Positions 48,082 through 57,699 of a DNA stretch of 64,000 nucleotides are shown here, in pieces. This stretch comes from a virus: the IMG/VR virus record IMGVR_UViG_3300034418_007243, positions 45,875 through 109,874 of that record. One strand, 5' to 3'. The notes beneath the pieces were generated by a model, which saw only the letters and a list, made by a program, of their open reading frames with translations, was not told the origin of the DNA and did not search any database. The position numbers were made by a program, and so were the translations under genes. The number at the start of each line of letters is the position of its first letter. Within the stretch, counting starts at the first letter, position 1.

Positions 48082-49280
48082 AATTCTAATTTAATAGTTG
48101 TTCCTGGCAATTCATCCCAAGCATTACCTTGTGAAGAAAGTACCCATAAAATATTTCCTTTTGCGTTTTCAGGTGCTGAACATTCTCCATCTGTAAAATA
48201 GAATAGACAACTAAACTCATTGAGTTTTTCATTGTAATAATCTATAACAGGTTGAAAGTCTGTCCCACCTCTACCGTGTATTTCTAAATCTTTTCTTGGA
48301 TTAAATTTACTTATGTTAGATATTGCTGTATCACATTGTATAATTGTAACATCAGAACCTGTCTTCTTTATATGATGTAATTCATTAAGAAATTCTTTGA
48401 GTTCTTTTGTATTAACAGAAGCTGATGTATCTATAGCTGCTAGTACATGCTTGTGCTTTTTAAATTTTAAACCAGGAAAGTCTGGTAATCTTTTGTTGAA
48501 CTTTCTTCTAGAAACTTTAGTATAAGTTCTTGTAGATTTACCAATAAACCTTCTCATATATCCTTTCCAATCAAACTTTGGCGGATCTATTTGTTTAAGC
48601 TTTTCAATTATACTTGCAATCTCACCAGGTACTGTACCACGCATCTTTTTTACCTGATCAGCTACTTGATCTAAGACATGTGCTGTTTGTGACTTTATCA
48701 ATCTCTGAGTTGCTTCACTTATTTCTTCACTATCCCATTCATGTTCAGGAGTTGTAATTTCAGTTCCGTCACTTAAAGTAACACTGTTATCATTTCCTTC
48801 ACATAAATCTTTTAAAGCATTACCTAACTCACTGTCTTCATTTTTTATCTTACTAAGCTCTTTGTAATAATATCTTGTACCAGCTTTGTAATCTAACTTA
48901 TACCCTTGGTTAATATAAGTTTCTATAAAACAACCATCTTCAGGCAACCATGATCTTTCAATGTATTGATTAATCTCAATATCCATTGCTATATTTAATA
49001 GCTTTTTATCTTGAAGATCATTATAGTCTGTTAAATGAAAGAAAGCAATGTGTAATAACTCATGTTTTAATATGCCTACTTTTTGTATTGGAGAAAGTGT
49101 TTGCCAAAAATCAGGATTAATAGCTAACTCATAGTTAATACCTTTAACGCAAACACCTGCTGTAGGCACTTTCTTTTGGGACCAAATTTTATTTAGTGAC
49201 ATAAGAAGAAGCCCGTAATAGGCTTCTCTTAACATAAGTTCTTTAGATGCTTTAGCTAAACTTTCTATATTATCTCTCAT
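48078..49280 (-). CDS. Metallopeptidase-vWA protein (DUF2201-like), MoxR partner
   Basis: LKHELLHIAF...NIAMDIEINQ; MIDAS DTSAS; GRGGTDF; FTDG. Confidence 0.88.
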   Translation of the reverse strand: MRDNIESLAKASKELMLREAYYGLLLMSLNKIWSQKKVPTAGVCVKGINYELAINPDFWQTLSPIQKVGILKHELLHIAFFHLTDYNDLQDKKLLNIAMDIEINQYIERSWLPEDGCFIETYINQGYKLDYKAGTRYYYKELSKIKNEDSELGNALKDLCEGNDNSVTLSDGTEITTPEHEWDSEEISEATQRLIKSQTAHVLDQVADQVKKMRGTVPGEIASIIEKLKQIDPPKFDWKGYMRRFIGKSTRTYTKVSRRKFNKRLPDFPGLKFKKHKHVLAAIDTSASVNTKELKEFLNELHHIKKTGSDVTIIQCDTAISNISKFNPRKDLEIHGRGGTDFQPVIDYYNEKLNEFSCLFYFTDGECSAPENAKGNILWVLSSQGNAWDELPGTTIKLEL

Positions 49281-49710
49281 CTTTAATTTTTATTATTACA
49301 TCTTCAACAAAAGTATATCCGGTATCAATAAGTTTATTCTTAAAATCCATTGAAAAAGAATCTATTAAAGATTGTTTTGCTTCATAATCAAACTTGCCTT
49401 CATTAACTATTTTAAATAATTGTTTATATGTAAGGTGTGATATACCAGGTCTAAAATCATCATCTAAGTAATCTTTTACTGCATTAGTTAGATTATCATA
49501 AAAAGTTTTATAGTTTGTCTTTATATGTTTATCAGCTACAATACCTTGTTTAAGTACAAGTAATATGTTTATCACATTATAATCTGTTAGTTCTAAATTT
49601 TCCATTATGGTTAAACCAACAGTCCAGTTCTCATGATCTCTTGAAGATATCATAGACAGTATAGAATCAAACTCTTGTTTTTCTAGCATTTTGTTTTCCA
49701 TATTAGTCAT
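49270..49710 (-). CDS. Hypothetical protein
   Basis: 146-aa ORF overlapping both neighbours. Confidence 0.6.
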   Translation of the reverse strand: MTNMENKMLEKQEFDSILSMISSRDHENWTVGLTIMENLELTDYNVINILLVLKQGIVADKHIKTNYKTFYDNLTNAVKDYLDDDFRPGISHLTYKQLFKIVNEGKFDYEAKQSLIDSFSMDFKNKLIDTGYTFVEDVIIKIKDER

Positions 49711-50050
49711 TTAATTTTTCTGTTCTTATCATCCACATAGGTGGCTTTTTTGCATTTATATTATCTACCCATTCTTTTGCTGAAGGTATATAACCAAAGC
49801 AGTCTTCTTTAACATGTTGTTCTCCAACATATCTGGTATAAACTGTTTTACCATCTGAATTTGTAAATGATTTACCAAATTTAGATTCACATTCAAATAT
49901 ACCTTCTGAATGATGCCTGAATATTCTATGTTTGCTATGACCTAGCCAACTCTTAGTTTCATCAAACCATTCATGTATATGAATATAATCTTCTATTATA
50001 CCACCAAATTTTCTAACTGAAGATTTTGCATGTTGTAAAGGATGTGCCAT
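49703..50050 (-). CDS. His-rich small protein (DUF6915-like)
   Basis: MAHPLQHAKSS...IHEWFDETK...HRIFRHHSEGIF...GEQHVKED. Confidence 0.65.
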   Translation of the reverse strand: MAHPLQHAKSSVRKFGGIIEDYIHIHEWFDETKSWLGHSKHRIFRHHSEGIFECESKFGKSFTNSDGKTVYTRYVGEQHVKEDCFGYIPSAKEWVDNINAKKPPMWMIRTEKLND

Positions 50051-50460
50051 TAAAATAAACTTTTAGAATGACCATAAAAATGAGTTTCTACATATCTTAC
50101 ATTATTATTAATGTTACACTCACCTGTAAATACATTTATGGTTATTATTCCAAACCCTCCATCATTATTATACCAATCTTCTATATCTTCTAGTAAATTA
50201 TACATAATATCTTCTATTTCAGCTTCTAGTCCTGAATCAAGTTTTTTATCTATAGATAAATCTTCATGATGTATATAATTATCTTCTGAAAAATCTTCAA
50301 AGCTTAAGTTTTTTATTTCTGCTTTTTTATTATCAATATACAGTATCTCTTCTATAGCTCCACTATCTCCAGAACCTTCATAATATCCTTGTATATAACT
50401 TATTCCTAAGTCTTGTAGTTTAAACAATAGGATTCTGTTATCATCATCTAACTTTTTCAT
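50050..50460 (-). CDS. Acidic protein (DUF6878-like)
   Basis: YEGSGDSGAIE and DWYNNDGGFG motifs. Confidence 0.6.
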   Translation of the reverse strand: MKKLDDDNRILLFKLQDLGISYIQGYYEGSGDSGAIEEILYIDNKKAEIKNLSFEDFSEDNYIHHEDLSIDKKLDSGLEAEIEDIMYNLLEDIEDWYNNDGGFGIITINVFTGECNINNNVRYVETHFYGHSKSLF

Positions 50461-50463
50461 AAA

Positions 50464-50886
50464 TTAAGTTTTATAAAATCTTCCTAAAATATTTTTATTT
50501 AAATACTCATCTTTTTCAAGAACTTCATTTACAAATTGAAACTTTGTTTCTTGATAAGTAAGCTCTGTTTTAGAGTAGCATATCTTAAGTATAGTTCTAA
50601 CTATAGATATACCTTCTTTATGTGCTTTCTTTAATACTTCATTACTACTATAATACTTTTCATAGTCTGTTTTTTTAACCATAGTATATTTCTTAGCTCT
50701 TTTATCTGTCATAGCTGCAATAGCTTTCTTTCCAAATTTCTTTTTTCTAATTGAATAGAAATTCTTTTTGCCAATATACTTTACAAGTTTACCTTCAATT
50801 ACCGCAGTCATTTCATATATAAAACCTACAGCGTTTTCAGGAATCATTTCTTCTGTAAATGTTTGATGGTTTAAAATCCAGCTCAT
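50464..50886 (-). CDS. GIY-YIG endonuclease (T4 endonuclease II-like)
   Basis: GFIYEM...KYIGKK...YYSSN...RTILK...ELTYQE...YLNKNI. Confidence 0.75.
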   Translation of the reverse strand: MSWILNHQTFTEEMIPENAVGFIYEMTAVIEGKLVKYIGKKNFYSIRKKKFGKKAIAAMTDKRAKKYTMVKKTDYEKYYSSNEVLKKAHKEGISIVRTILKICYSKTELTYQETKFQFVNEVLEKDEYLNKNILGRFYKT

Positions 50887-50895
50887 AATAAATAT

Positions 50896-51897
50896 TTAAG
50901 TAGGTAATTCTTTGCTTTCTCCTGTAAGAGCTTTTGTAATTAATGGATATAAATGATACATAGTATTTCTAACACCGTGTTGTTCTACTGAGTCTGATAG
51001 ATCTTTCTCAAGCTTTAAGTGTACATAAGGAATATTATATTCTTGATTATATTTTTGCATTGCTCTTAGCCCTGCTTCATCATTATCAAATAATACACAT
51101 ACCTTTTTATACTTTTGTATAAACTCATTCATTAATGAATCAGGAAGCATTGTGTTTTCAGAATCTGGTGCAATACTTTCTATATTCTTCATACCGAGTT
51201 TATGTAAAGCTAATAAATCTTTCATAGAGCTACAGATGACTAAATATGGTTTATCATATTTTAGCTGGTCTAATCCTTGTATATAGCTTTTTACTTTAAA
51301 GAACTTCTTTTTTAGTTTAGGTGTATAGATTTTGTATAACTCATTCTTATCATTAAAATAGCCATACATGAATTGAGCTTTGATCTCTAATCTCTTTTCA
51401 GTATCTTCTTTTTCTAAAATATATGATTCTAAAGGTTGTATGTTATATGCTTCTAATATTTTAGAATCAATGTTATACTTAGTCCAATAGCTTTGATCTA
51501 ACTTATTCCAATTACGCGGGTTTATAGTTTTGACTTTGTACTTTCCTTCAACTTTAAAATCTTTTACTTCAAACTTTTTATTACCACTTTTAAGATAATC
51601 ACTATAGTCTTTAATAATTTTAACCGCAGCTTGAGCTTTAGACTTTAAATCATAAATTTCTTTTACTAAACTTAAAGCATCACCACCTCTATTTGTAGAA
51701 TAATCTTTAAATAAATATTTGTCAGCTTCTTTATCAAAGTAAATAAACATTGATGGTCTGGTTTCTTTAGGATTAAATATAGATGTTATCTGTATATCCT
51801 GACCCTTTAAGTTTTCAGAAAGCTTTAGATAATATTTAAAGATCCACTCTGGAGGTATGCTATTAATATCTGATACTACATGTTTTGTTCTTATCAT
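50896..51897 (-). CDS. DNA primase (TOPRIM, crAss-like)
   Basis: FKDYSTNRGGD, IQGLDQL, VICSSMKD, APDSE, LFDNDEAG, KDLSD. Confidence 0.8.
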   Translation of the reverse strand: MIRTKHVVSDINSIPPEWIFKYYLKLSENLKGQDIQITSIFNPKETRPSMFIYFDKEADKYLFKDYSTNRGGDALSLVKEIYDLKSKAQAAVKIIKDYSDYLKSGNKKFEVKDFKVEGKYKVKTINPRNWNKLDQSYWTKYNIDSKILEAYNIQPLESYILEKEDTEKRLEIKAQFMYGYFNDKNELYKIYTPKLKKKFFKVKSYIQGLDQLKYDKPYLVICSSMKDLLALHKLGMKNIESIAPDSENTMLPDSLMNEFIQKYKKVCVLFDNDEAGLRAMQKYNQEYNIPYVHLKLEKDLSDSVEQHGVRNTMYHLYPLITKALTGESKELPT

Positions 51898-51911
51898 AAT
51901 TAATATGTAAT

Positions 51912-51941
51912 AAAAAAGGAAAGCCTAAAAAGACTTTCCTT
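51912..51941 (-). terminator. Intrinsic terminator
   Basis: aaggaaag/ctttcctt stem plus A-run on +. Confidence 0.7.
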
Positions 51942-51970
51942 GTAATTATAAAGTATACGTTCCTATTTAT

Positions 51971-52663
51971 TTACCAAGCAAACTCTGTATTGTCTGCAGA
52001 ATCATCAGTTGTATTGTCAAATTCTTCTACTTCTTCTGGTTTTTCTGCTTTCTTTAAATGTAAATCTTCATTATATACATGAACTTTTTCATTTGCATCT
52101 GCTTTAGCAAAACCTTTAGTGCCTTGAGAATATTTAGCAAACCAAAGGTTATGTCCAATATAACCATTTTGTTTGTAATATTCAGAACCTGCAACACAAC
52201 ATTCTAACCATTTGTCTGCAAAAGGTGCTTCTTCATTAAAACCTTGTACAAAATCTTCAATTGTTTCATACTTACCATCTGCATCATCAAACCATTTTTC
52301 ACAGTCTGTTTCTTTACAAATGTTTTTGATGAACTTTAAAATTTGCATGTCTCTTTTAATTTCAACACCCTTATTGGTTACATTGTCTTTGTATGGCCAA
52401 TCACTTGCTCTCACATTGCCTACTTGACCTTCATGTCTACCTAAAGATTCATTGTTTTTATCAATCCAAAAACCTTCAAAGTTTTCTATGGGTTCTGTTT
52501 CAACGCTTAATAGAATATGATAAGCATCATTTCTTTTCAAATAACTATTGTTTTGAATTAAACTGATGTTATTAATTTTCAATTTGTGATTACCAGGAGA
52601 TATTACTTTTGGTATACCTCCTCCTTCTCCTGAAGAAACGTTTACGTCTTTTGTACTTAACAT
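51971..52663 (-). CDS. Putative single-stranded DNA-binding protein
   Basis: Beta-rich core with an acidic tail ending in an aromatic residue (DDSADNTEFAW); lies between the Sak4-like ATPase and the primase. Confidence 0.55.
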   Translation of the reverse strand: MLSTKDVNVSSGEGGGIPKVISPGNHKLKINNISLIQNNSYLKRNDAYHILLSVETEPIENFEGFWIDKNNESLGRHEGQVGNVRASDWPYKDNVTNKGVEIKRDMQILKFIKNICKETDCEKWFDDADGKYETIEDFVQGFNEEAPFADKWLECCVAGSEYYKQNGYIGHNLWFAKYSQGTKGFAKADANEKVHVYNEDLHLKKAEKPEEVEEFDNTTDDSADNTEFAW

Positions 52664-52682
52664 TTTTTTCTAATTTAATTTA

Positions 52683-53426
52683 TTAATCTATGTATACTTT
52701 ATCCCAATTTGTTTTAACTCCTTCTTCAGTCATTTCTGAAATAACAATTTGTTGATTTCTTAAGTGATCTGGTCTAGCTCCACAAGCAACATCATCACTT
52801 GTTTTGAAGTTAAGAATGTTCTGATTACCTTTTCTATATAGATAACCAATAGCATCTGACTGTGAAGAAATTATTCTTTTAATTTTACCTGTTAAATCTA
52901 GATCTGAACTTGTAAACTCAGCACCAGCTTTCTCTAGCATTATATCTTTTACGTGACCTACAATTATAATTCTTGGAGCAAGAGTCTTTATGTATTCTAG
53001 AACACTTGTTATAGCTTGTCTTAGCCATACATAACCTGCACCATTAGGTAAGTTTAAGATGTTACCATAAGTTTGCTTGCCTGTTTTAAACCAATTCTTT
53101 CCCATTGAAGATTTAGAATATAATTTTTCAGCAACAGGAATACATTTTTCTTCTAATGCAGTTACTGTATCTACAGCTATATATTTATAAGGATGGCCTT
53201 GTTCTTTTATTTCTGCACCAATAAGTTTTAAATCTTCAACAGTATCTACTTTTAGTTTTAAAGCATCTACATAATCAGAACCGTCTTCAAAATCTAATAT
53301 AAGACAGTTTTCTAAATCAGCTAAGAGAGATGTTTTACCTACTTTAGGTTTAGAAAAAATGATAAGATTTTTAGGGCTTTGTGCAGAAGCTTTTATTTTC
53401 TTCTGTGGTAATACAATTTTTGTCAT
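52683..53426 (-). CDS. Sak4/AAA_24-like P-loop ATPase (single-strand annealing/recombination)
   Basis: SKPKVGKT, LDFEDG, IAVDTVT, VGHVK, SDAIGY. Confidence 0.8.
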   Translation of the reverse strand: MTKIVLPQKKIKASAQSPKNLIIFSKPKVGKTSLLADLENCLILDFEDGSDYVDALKLKVDTVEDLKLIGAEIKEQGHPYKYIAVDTVTALEEKCIPVAEKLYSKSSMGKNWFKTGKQTYGNILNLPNGAGYVWLRQAITSVLEYIKTLAPRIIIVGHVKDIMLEKAGAEFTSSDLDLTGKIKRIISSQSDAIGYLYRKGNQNILNFKTSDDVACGARPDHLRNQQIVISEMTEEGVKTNWDKVYID

Positions 53427-53959
53427 TTTAAATTATTTATTAAGTTATTTAACCATGCTTTATGACTGACAGGAAGTTTCCATTGTATAGCTGCATAATC
53501 TCTAAGTGTCATTGAACTATATGGAACATCTGCATCAGCATCTGGTAATGGTTCAAATATTAATTCACCTTGCTCAGCTACTTTTGTAACTTCAATTAAT
53601 TCATCTTTAGGTATTAGATAACGTCTATCACCAGAAGTAGGATGAGGATCAGATTTTTCATACTCTGTATCATACGCATCATGATAAATCCATTTCCATA
53701 ATCTTCTTTCTGGATCTTCAGGTTCATAATCTCTACTTACAAATTCAGTATAGATGTCTTGACCTTTAGTTATTTCACTTGGATAAAATGAAACAACCAG
53801 TTCACCTTTGTGCATATAACACATTTTAGGTATAAATTTAGGTTGTTTAACTTTTTCTTGTTTAAACAAATCTAAATGTTTGTCTTTTAATAATTCTATT
53901 TTCTGTTTTTTGCTTAATATATCTTTCTTTTTTTCATCAAGCTTTGTTGATAATCCCAT
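53423..53959 (-). CDS. Hypothetical protein
   Basis: 178 aa with C-terminal SMTLRDYAAI motif. Confidence 0.65.
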   Translation of the reverse strand: MGLSTKLDEKKKDILSKKQKIELLKDKHLDLFKQEKVKQPKFIPKMCYMHKGELVVSFYPSEITKGQDIYTEFVSRDYEPEDPERRLWKWIYHDAYDTEYEKSDPHPTSGDRRYLIPKDELIEVTKVAEQGELIFEPLPDADADVPYSSMTLRDYAAIQWKLPVSHKAWLNNLINNLK

Positions 53960-53969
53960 ACTTTAATAT

Positions 53970-54971
53970 TTAATTTGATCTTATATTTCTTACATGCATG
54001 CCTGGAGCAGGCATTTCTATAACTTTCATTTGATTGAATAATGCTTTGAAAAAACTTACTCTAGTATCACCGTTTCTACACTTAAGAAAGTGCCATACCA
54101 ATACTGTATCATCATCAATTATATATCTTTCTGGTCCGTAGTATTTAATAAACTTTTTTGCTGGTCTATTAACACCTATTACAATATCTGCATGTTGAAA
54201 TAAAGCATCACCGCCTAAGATGTCTGTTTCTAAAACATAGTTTCCGTACTTTCCATCTTCATTTCTTTCAGGTTTTTCTACATCACGTTTTAGTTGTGAA
54301 AGAACAATGAATGCAATAGGATACCGTTTCTTTAAATCTGTTAATGCTTCTCCTAAATTATAAAGCATATCTGTTTTACTATTTTCAGATCTGCCTTGCT
54401 TAAATAAATTAGAGTGATCTACAGTTACTACAGTATTAATATATACTTTCTTACCATCAATTTCTTGAGCATAAGTTTCCATATAATCTGTAACAATAGA
54501 TTTAAATGTTTCTACAGTACATGCTTTCTCAACAATATCTACAGGAAACTTGTCTATATCAACCATCTTTTTAGCATGCTCATGTAATTTTTGAAAGTCT
54601 TCTACTGTTAGTTTATCATTTTCATCTGCACTACAAATGTATTTGTATGGTTTATTTAATGCTGAAGAAAACTCTCTTACTTTAGAAGCTCTGGCAACCA
54701 TTTCAAATTGGAATTCTAAAACTCTAATTGTTTGACCATTGTTTATTTCAAAACCTTCTCTTACAATTTGATCTTTGATAAGGGTTTTTCCTGTACCCGG
54801 TCTTCCGCCTATTACAGTTAGAGATTGCCATTCAAAACCGTTTACACCTGCATCATTTACTTTAGGCCAAGGAGTTTTGTAACTAGTTATTAATCCTTGT
54901 CTTCTTGCGTGTATATAACTAAGGGCTTCTTGATAGCCTTTCTTTTGACTCTGCCAAGCTTTATTACTCAT
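53970..54971 (-). CDS. dnaB: DnaB-like replicative helicase (RecA-fold domain only)
   Basis: GGRPGTGKT, FQFEM, VDHS, LSQLKR, GGDALFQHAD, LKCRNG. Confidence 0.88.
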   Translation of the reverse strand: MSNKAWQSQKKGYQEALSYIHARRQGLITSYKTPWPKVNDAGVNGFEWQSLTVIGGRPGTGKTLIKDQIVREGFEINNGQTIRVLEFQFEMVARASKVREFSSALNKPYKYICSADENDKLTVEDFQKLHEHAKKMVDIDKFPVDIVEKACTVETFKSIVTDYMETYAQEIDGKKVYINTVVTVDHSNLFKQGRSENSKTDMLYNLGEALTDLKKRYPIAFIVLSQLKRDVEKPERNEDGKYGNYVLETDILGGDALFQHADIVIGVNRPAKKFIKYYGPERYIIDDDTVLVWHFLKCRNGDTRVSFFKALFNQMKVIEMPAPGMHVRNIRSN

Positions 54972-55001
54972 AACTTTGATATTATTATAGGCTTTTATCT
55001 G

Positions 55002-55190
55002 CTATTCTATGCCCATTTTTACTTTAGTAAATTTACAAAAATACTCTAAGATTCCCAACAAAAACTCTATAATAAAGTATTGAATAATAGACATTTTTAT
55101 AATAAAAATATTGATTATTGTATAGGCTAATAAACTAAATAAGATGCCTAAAATTACTGTGTTTACATGATAAAATGTTTTTGATTTCAT
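55002..55190 (-). CDS. Small two-TM membrane protein
   Basis: 62 aa with two hydrophobic stretches. Confidence 0.55.
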   Translation of the reverse strand: MKSKTFYHVNTVILGILFSLLAYTIINIFIIKMSIIQYFIIEFLLGILEYFCKFTKVKMGIE

Positions 55191-55804
55191 TATACTACTT
55201 TTTGACGGAATATTGGTTTATCATCCATTTCTGCTCCTGACTCTACTAGTTCACAATAATCAGCAAGTTTGCTAATAAATGTTCTAGTTCCTGCGGGTTG
55301 TTTTCTAATAAAATACTGAGAACATGTCATGTACTTATCATCAAGTTCATATTCAGATACATATCTCTCAGTTGCTTTTAGAATAAGATCCCAAGAATAG
55401 TCATGATTTTCAAAAAACCATCTGAAACAAGTTTCTAAATTCTTAGTAGCACTTCTTGCTGCTCTACCGCTAGGAAGTTTTTTGTTTGGAAATAAATTTT
55501 TAAACACTAAAATGTTTTCTTTATAATTTTTATTCATTAACTGAGTTGATGTTTTAGTTTTTTGTATTTTAAAAAGCTTTTCAACCTGGTTAATAATTGT
55601 ATGTGATTTGGGTTCTAATAAGTATTTGTTTTCTTTTTCTACAATCCACTTATCTTCTATTAAACTTTTTAGCTCTAATCTAAAATTCATTCTAATAGGT
55701 GTAACAGAATCATTTATACAACAAAGCAAATAGTATTGATTTGGAGTTAGTTCTGCAGTTGTTATCATATCAAACAACTCCATCTGTTTTAATAATTTAC
55801 TCAT
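55190..55804 (-). CDS. Hypothetical replication-associated protein (possible wHTH initiator or helicase loader)
   Basis: 204 aa upstream of dnaB; LTPNQYYLL...LIEDKWI (wHTH-like) and ATERYV...YM..SQYFI. Confidence 0.4.
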   Translation of the reverse strand: MSKLLKQMELFDMITTAELTPNQYYLLCCINDSVTPIRMNFRLELKSLIEDKWIVEKENKYLLEPKSHTIINQVEKLFKIQKTKTSTQLMNKNYKENILVFKNLFPNKKLPSGRAARSATKNLETCFRWFFENHDYSWDLILKATERYVSEYELDDKYMTCSQYFIRKQPAGTRTFISKLADYCELVESGAEMDDKPIFRQKVV

Positions 55805-55820
55805 CTTGATAAAAATTTTT

Positions 55821-55828
55821 TATATTTG
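55821..55828 (+). promoter_or_regulatory. Candidate TAnnTTTG -7 box
   Basis: tatatttg immediately upstream of a plus-strand gene pair that needs its own promoter. Confidence 0.55.
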
Positions 55829-55831
55829 TTA

Positions 55832-56161
55832 ATGATCAATAAGCAAAATATAATATACATACTTTTAGGTATAATATTAATTATGTTCTTGTATATAATC
55901 TTTAGAAAACCATCTGAGATAACTAAAGTTATAACTAGCACTGAAGATTTAGAGAATATGATTAAAGCTAAAGAAGAGGAAAATCTTTTATTGCTTCAAA
56001 CTATTGATTCTCTAAATAACAACAGAGCCTCTTTATATAAACAAATAGATAGTTTAGATAAAGTGAAAAATAAAATAAAAATAGAATACCGTGAAATATA
56101 CAAGTATATTGATAATGCTACTAATCATCAACTTGACAGCATTATCCGCGCAAACTGGTGA
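55832..56161 (+). CDS. N-terminal TM plus coiled-coil protein (i-spanin-like)
   Basis: IIYILLGIILIMFLYIIF followed by coiled coil; ATG at 55832 preferred over TTG at 55826. Confidence 0.55.
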   Translation: MINKQNIIYILLGIILIMFLYIIFRKPSEITKVITSTEDLENMIKAKEEENLLLLQTIDSLNNNRASLYKQIDSLDKVKNKIKIEYREIYKYIDNATNHQLDSIIRANW

Positions 56162-56507
56162 TACATTGACTTGCTTTAATAACGCTGAGTTACAGAAAAT
56201 AGCTAACAAAGTTGTTTATGCTAATGAGTGTGACTCTACGCTTGGTGTCTTGAATCAAGAAATAAAGCTAAAAGATACCGTTATAGATAATCTCTCAGAG
56301 ACTATAACTTTCCAAGACTCAATGCTTCTCAATAATGCATACGTTATTAAACAAAGAGATTTAATAATAGATATAAAAAAGACTGATCTTAACAATCTCT
56401 ATAAGAAGTACAAAAAAAAGAATGCAGCTACTAAATGGTTGCAAGCTGGTTGGATTGCTACATCTGTGAGTTTAGTTGCAATATTGATAGCAGTTGCTGT
56501 GAGGTAG
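56091..56507 (+). CDS. Signal peptide, coiled coil and C-terminal TM protein (spanin-partner-like)
   Basis: MKYTSILIMLLIINLTALSA/Q; two Cys; C-terminal WIATSVSLVAILIAVAV. Overlaps the previous ORF by 71 nt. Confidence 0.55.
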   Translation: MKYTSILIMLLIINLTALSAQTGDTLTCFNNAELQKIANKVVYANECDSTLGVLNQEIKLKDTVIDNLSETITFQDSMLLNNAYVIKQRDLIIDIKKTDLNNLYKKYKKKNAATKWLQAGWIATSVSLVAILIAVAVR

Positions 56508-56527
56508 AGAAGAGAGGATGATAGTAA

Positions 56528-57244
56528 CTACCATACAATCTTCTCTCCGTTATTCTCTTCTAATACTTTGTTAATATTGTTAAATAAGTCTCCACTATTC
56601 CATTTCTTTTGTTTTGCATAACCTGCAGCAGCAGGGTGAGGCGCAAAGAATTTATAGTTTATACTAGGTATATGTTTAGCCCACACTTTAGCTTTATTAC
56701 CTAAGAATACATATATAAGCCCCGAGTTATAATGCCCTAATATGTCTAAGAGATATACAATAAAAGGTTTCCATAAATCTATGTGTGAACCTATCTTACC
56801 TATACGGCATGTAAGAGCTGTATTAAGCATTAGAATACCTTGATTAGACCATCTTGTTAAATCAGGATCCCACTCCATACCTTCTGGATATACTGTGTCT
56901 TCTATTTCTTTAAGCATGTAACGTAAAGAAGGTTGTGGTTTTTTAGAATAAGAACAACTAAAAGATATGCCGTCTGCAACTCCTGCTTGAGGGTAAGGGT
57001 CTTGACCTATAACAACAACTCTTAGGTCATTGTATGGACATTCAGTAAATGCTTTAAATATATCTTTGATTACTGGTGTGAAGCGATTACCGCTATTCAT
57101 TTCATCCCACAAGTCATCTAGTATATTATAAAACTCTTTACTTAGTATAAAACTTTTTAATTTATCAGCCCATCCTGATGGAATAAGCTGTTCATATAAT
57201 TTTTTTTGTATATCTGTCAGCTTGTCTTTTTTACTTTGTTGCAT
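56528..57244 (-). CDS. ung: Uracil-DNA glycosylase, family 1
   Basis: VVVIGQDPYP, ADGISFS, PSLR, QGILMLNTALT, APHPAA. Confidence 0.92.
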   Translation of the reverse strand: MQQSKKDKLTDIQKKLYEQLIPSGWADKLKSFILSKEFYNILDDLWDEMNSGNRFTPVIKDIFKAFTECPYNDLRVVVIGQDPYPQAGVADGISFSCSYSKKPQPSLRYMLKEIEDTVYPEGMEWDPDLTRWSNQGILMLNTALTCRIGKIGSHIDLWKPFIVYLLDILGHYNSGLIYVFLGNKAKVWAKHIPSINYKFFAPHPAAAGYAKQKKWNSGDLFNNINKVLEENNGEKIVW

Positions 57245-57252
57245 TTTATAAT

Positions 57253-57260
57253 TATATTTG
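57253..57260 (+). promoter_or_regulatory. Candidate TAnnTTTG -7 box
   Basis: tatatttg 16 nt upstream of the isolated plus-strand gene at 57277. Confidence 0.55.
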
Positions 57261-57276
57261 TTTAAAACTATTAGTT

Positions 57277-57699
57277 ATGGATAATAAGAGAAATGTTAAA
57301 ACTTATTCTATACCTTTAGATGAAACTGTTGATATTACAATATCAGGTAAAGCTTTAAGAGATCTTAAATATGTTTATGAAGCTTATATGCGAACTGCTA
57401 ATGAACAAAAACAAATGGCAGCTATGTTATTTATTAGTGGTGTTTTTGAAGCTAAGATGCATGAATTAGAAAAAAATGAAGCTGAACGTGAGCGTAAAGT
57501 TAAAGAATTAAACGCTGTTTATGGTAAAGATTCTTTTGTTTTTAACGCCTTAACTTTAGCCACTTTCATAGGTGTTATAGAACAAACTTTTGCTGAAAAA
57601 GGTAAAGCTAAAGAAAAAGAAATAGAAGTAAACTTCTCTTCAGAATCAATAGCTAAGTTTTATGATGAACAATTAAAAGAATCTAAAAAGAAAGATTAA
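57277..57699 (+). CDS. Hypothetical protein on the opposite strand to its neighbours
   Basis: 140-aa ORF that fills the gap, with its own -7 box. Confidence 0.7.
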   Translation: MDNKRNVKTYSIPLDETVDITISGKALRDLKYVYEAYMRTANEQKQMAAMLFISGVFEAKMHELEKNEAERERKVKELNAVYGKDSFVFNALTLATFIGVIEQTFAEKGKAKEKEIEVNFSSESIAKFYDEQLKESKKKD

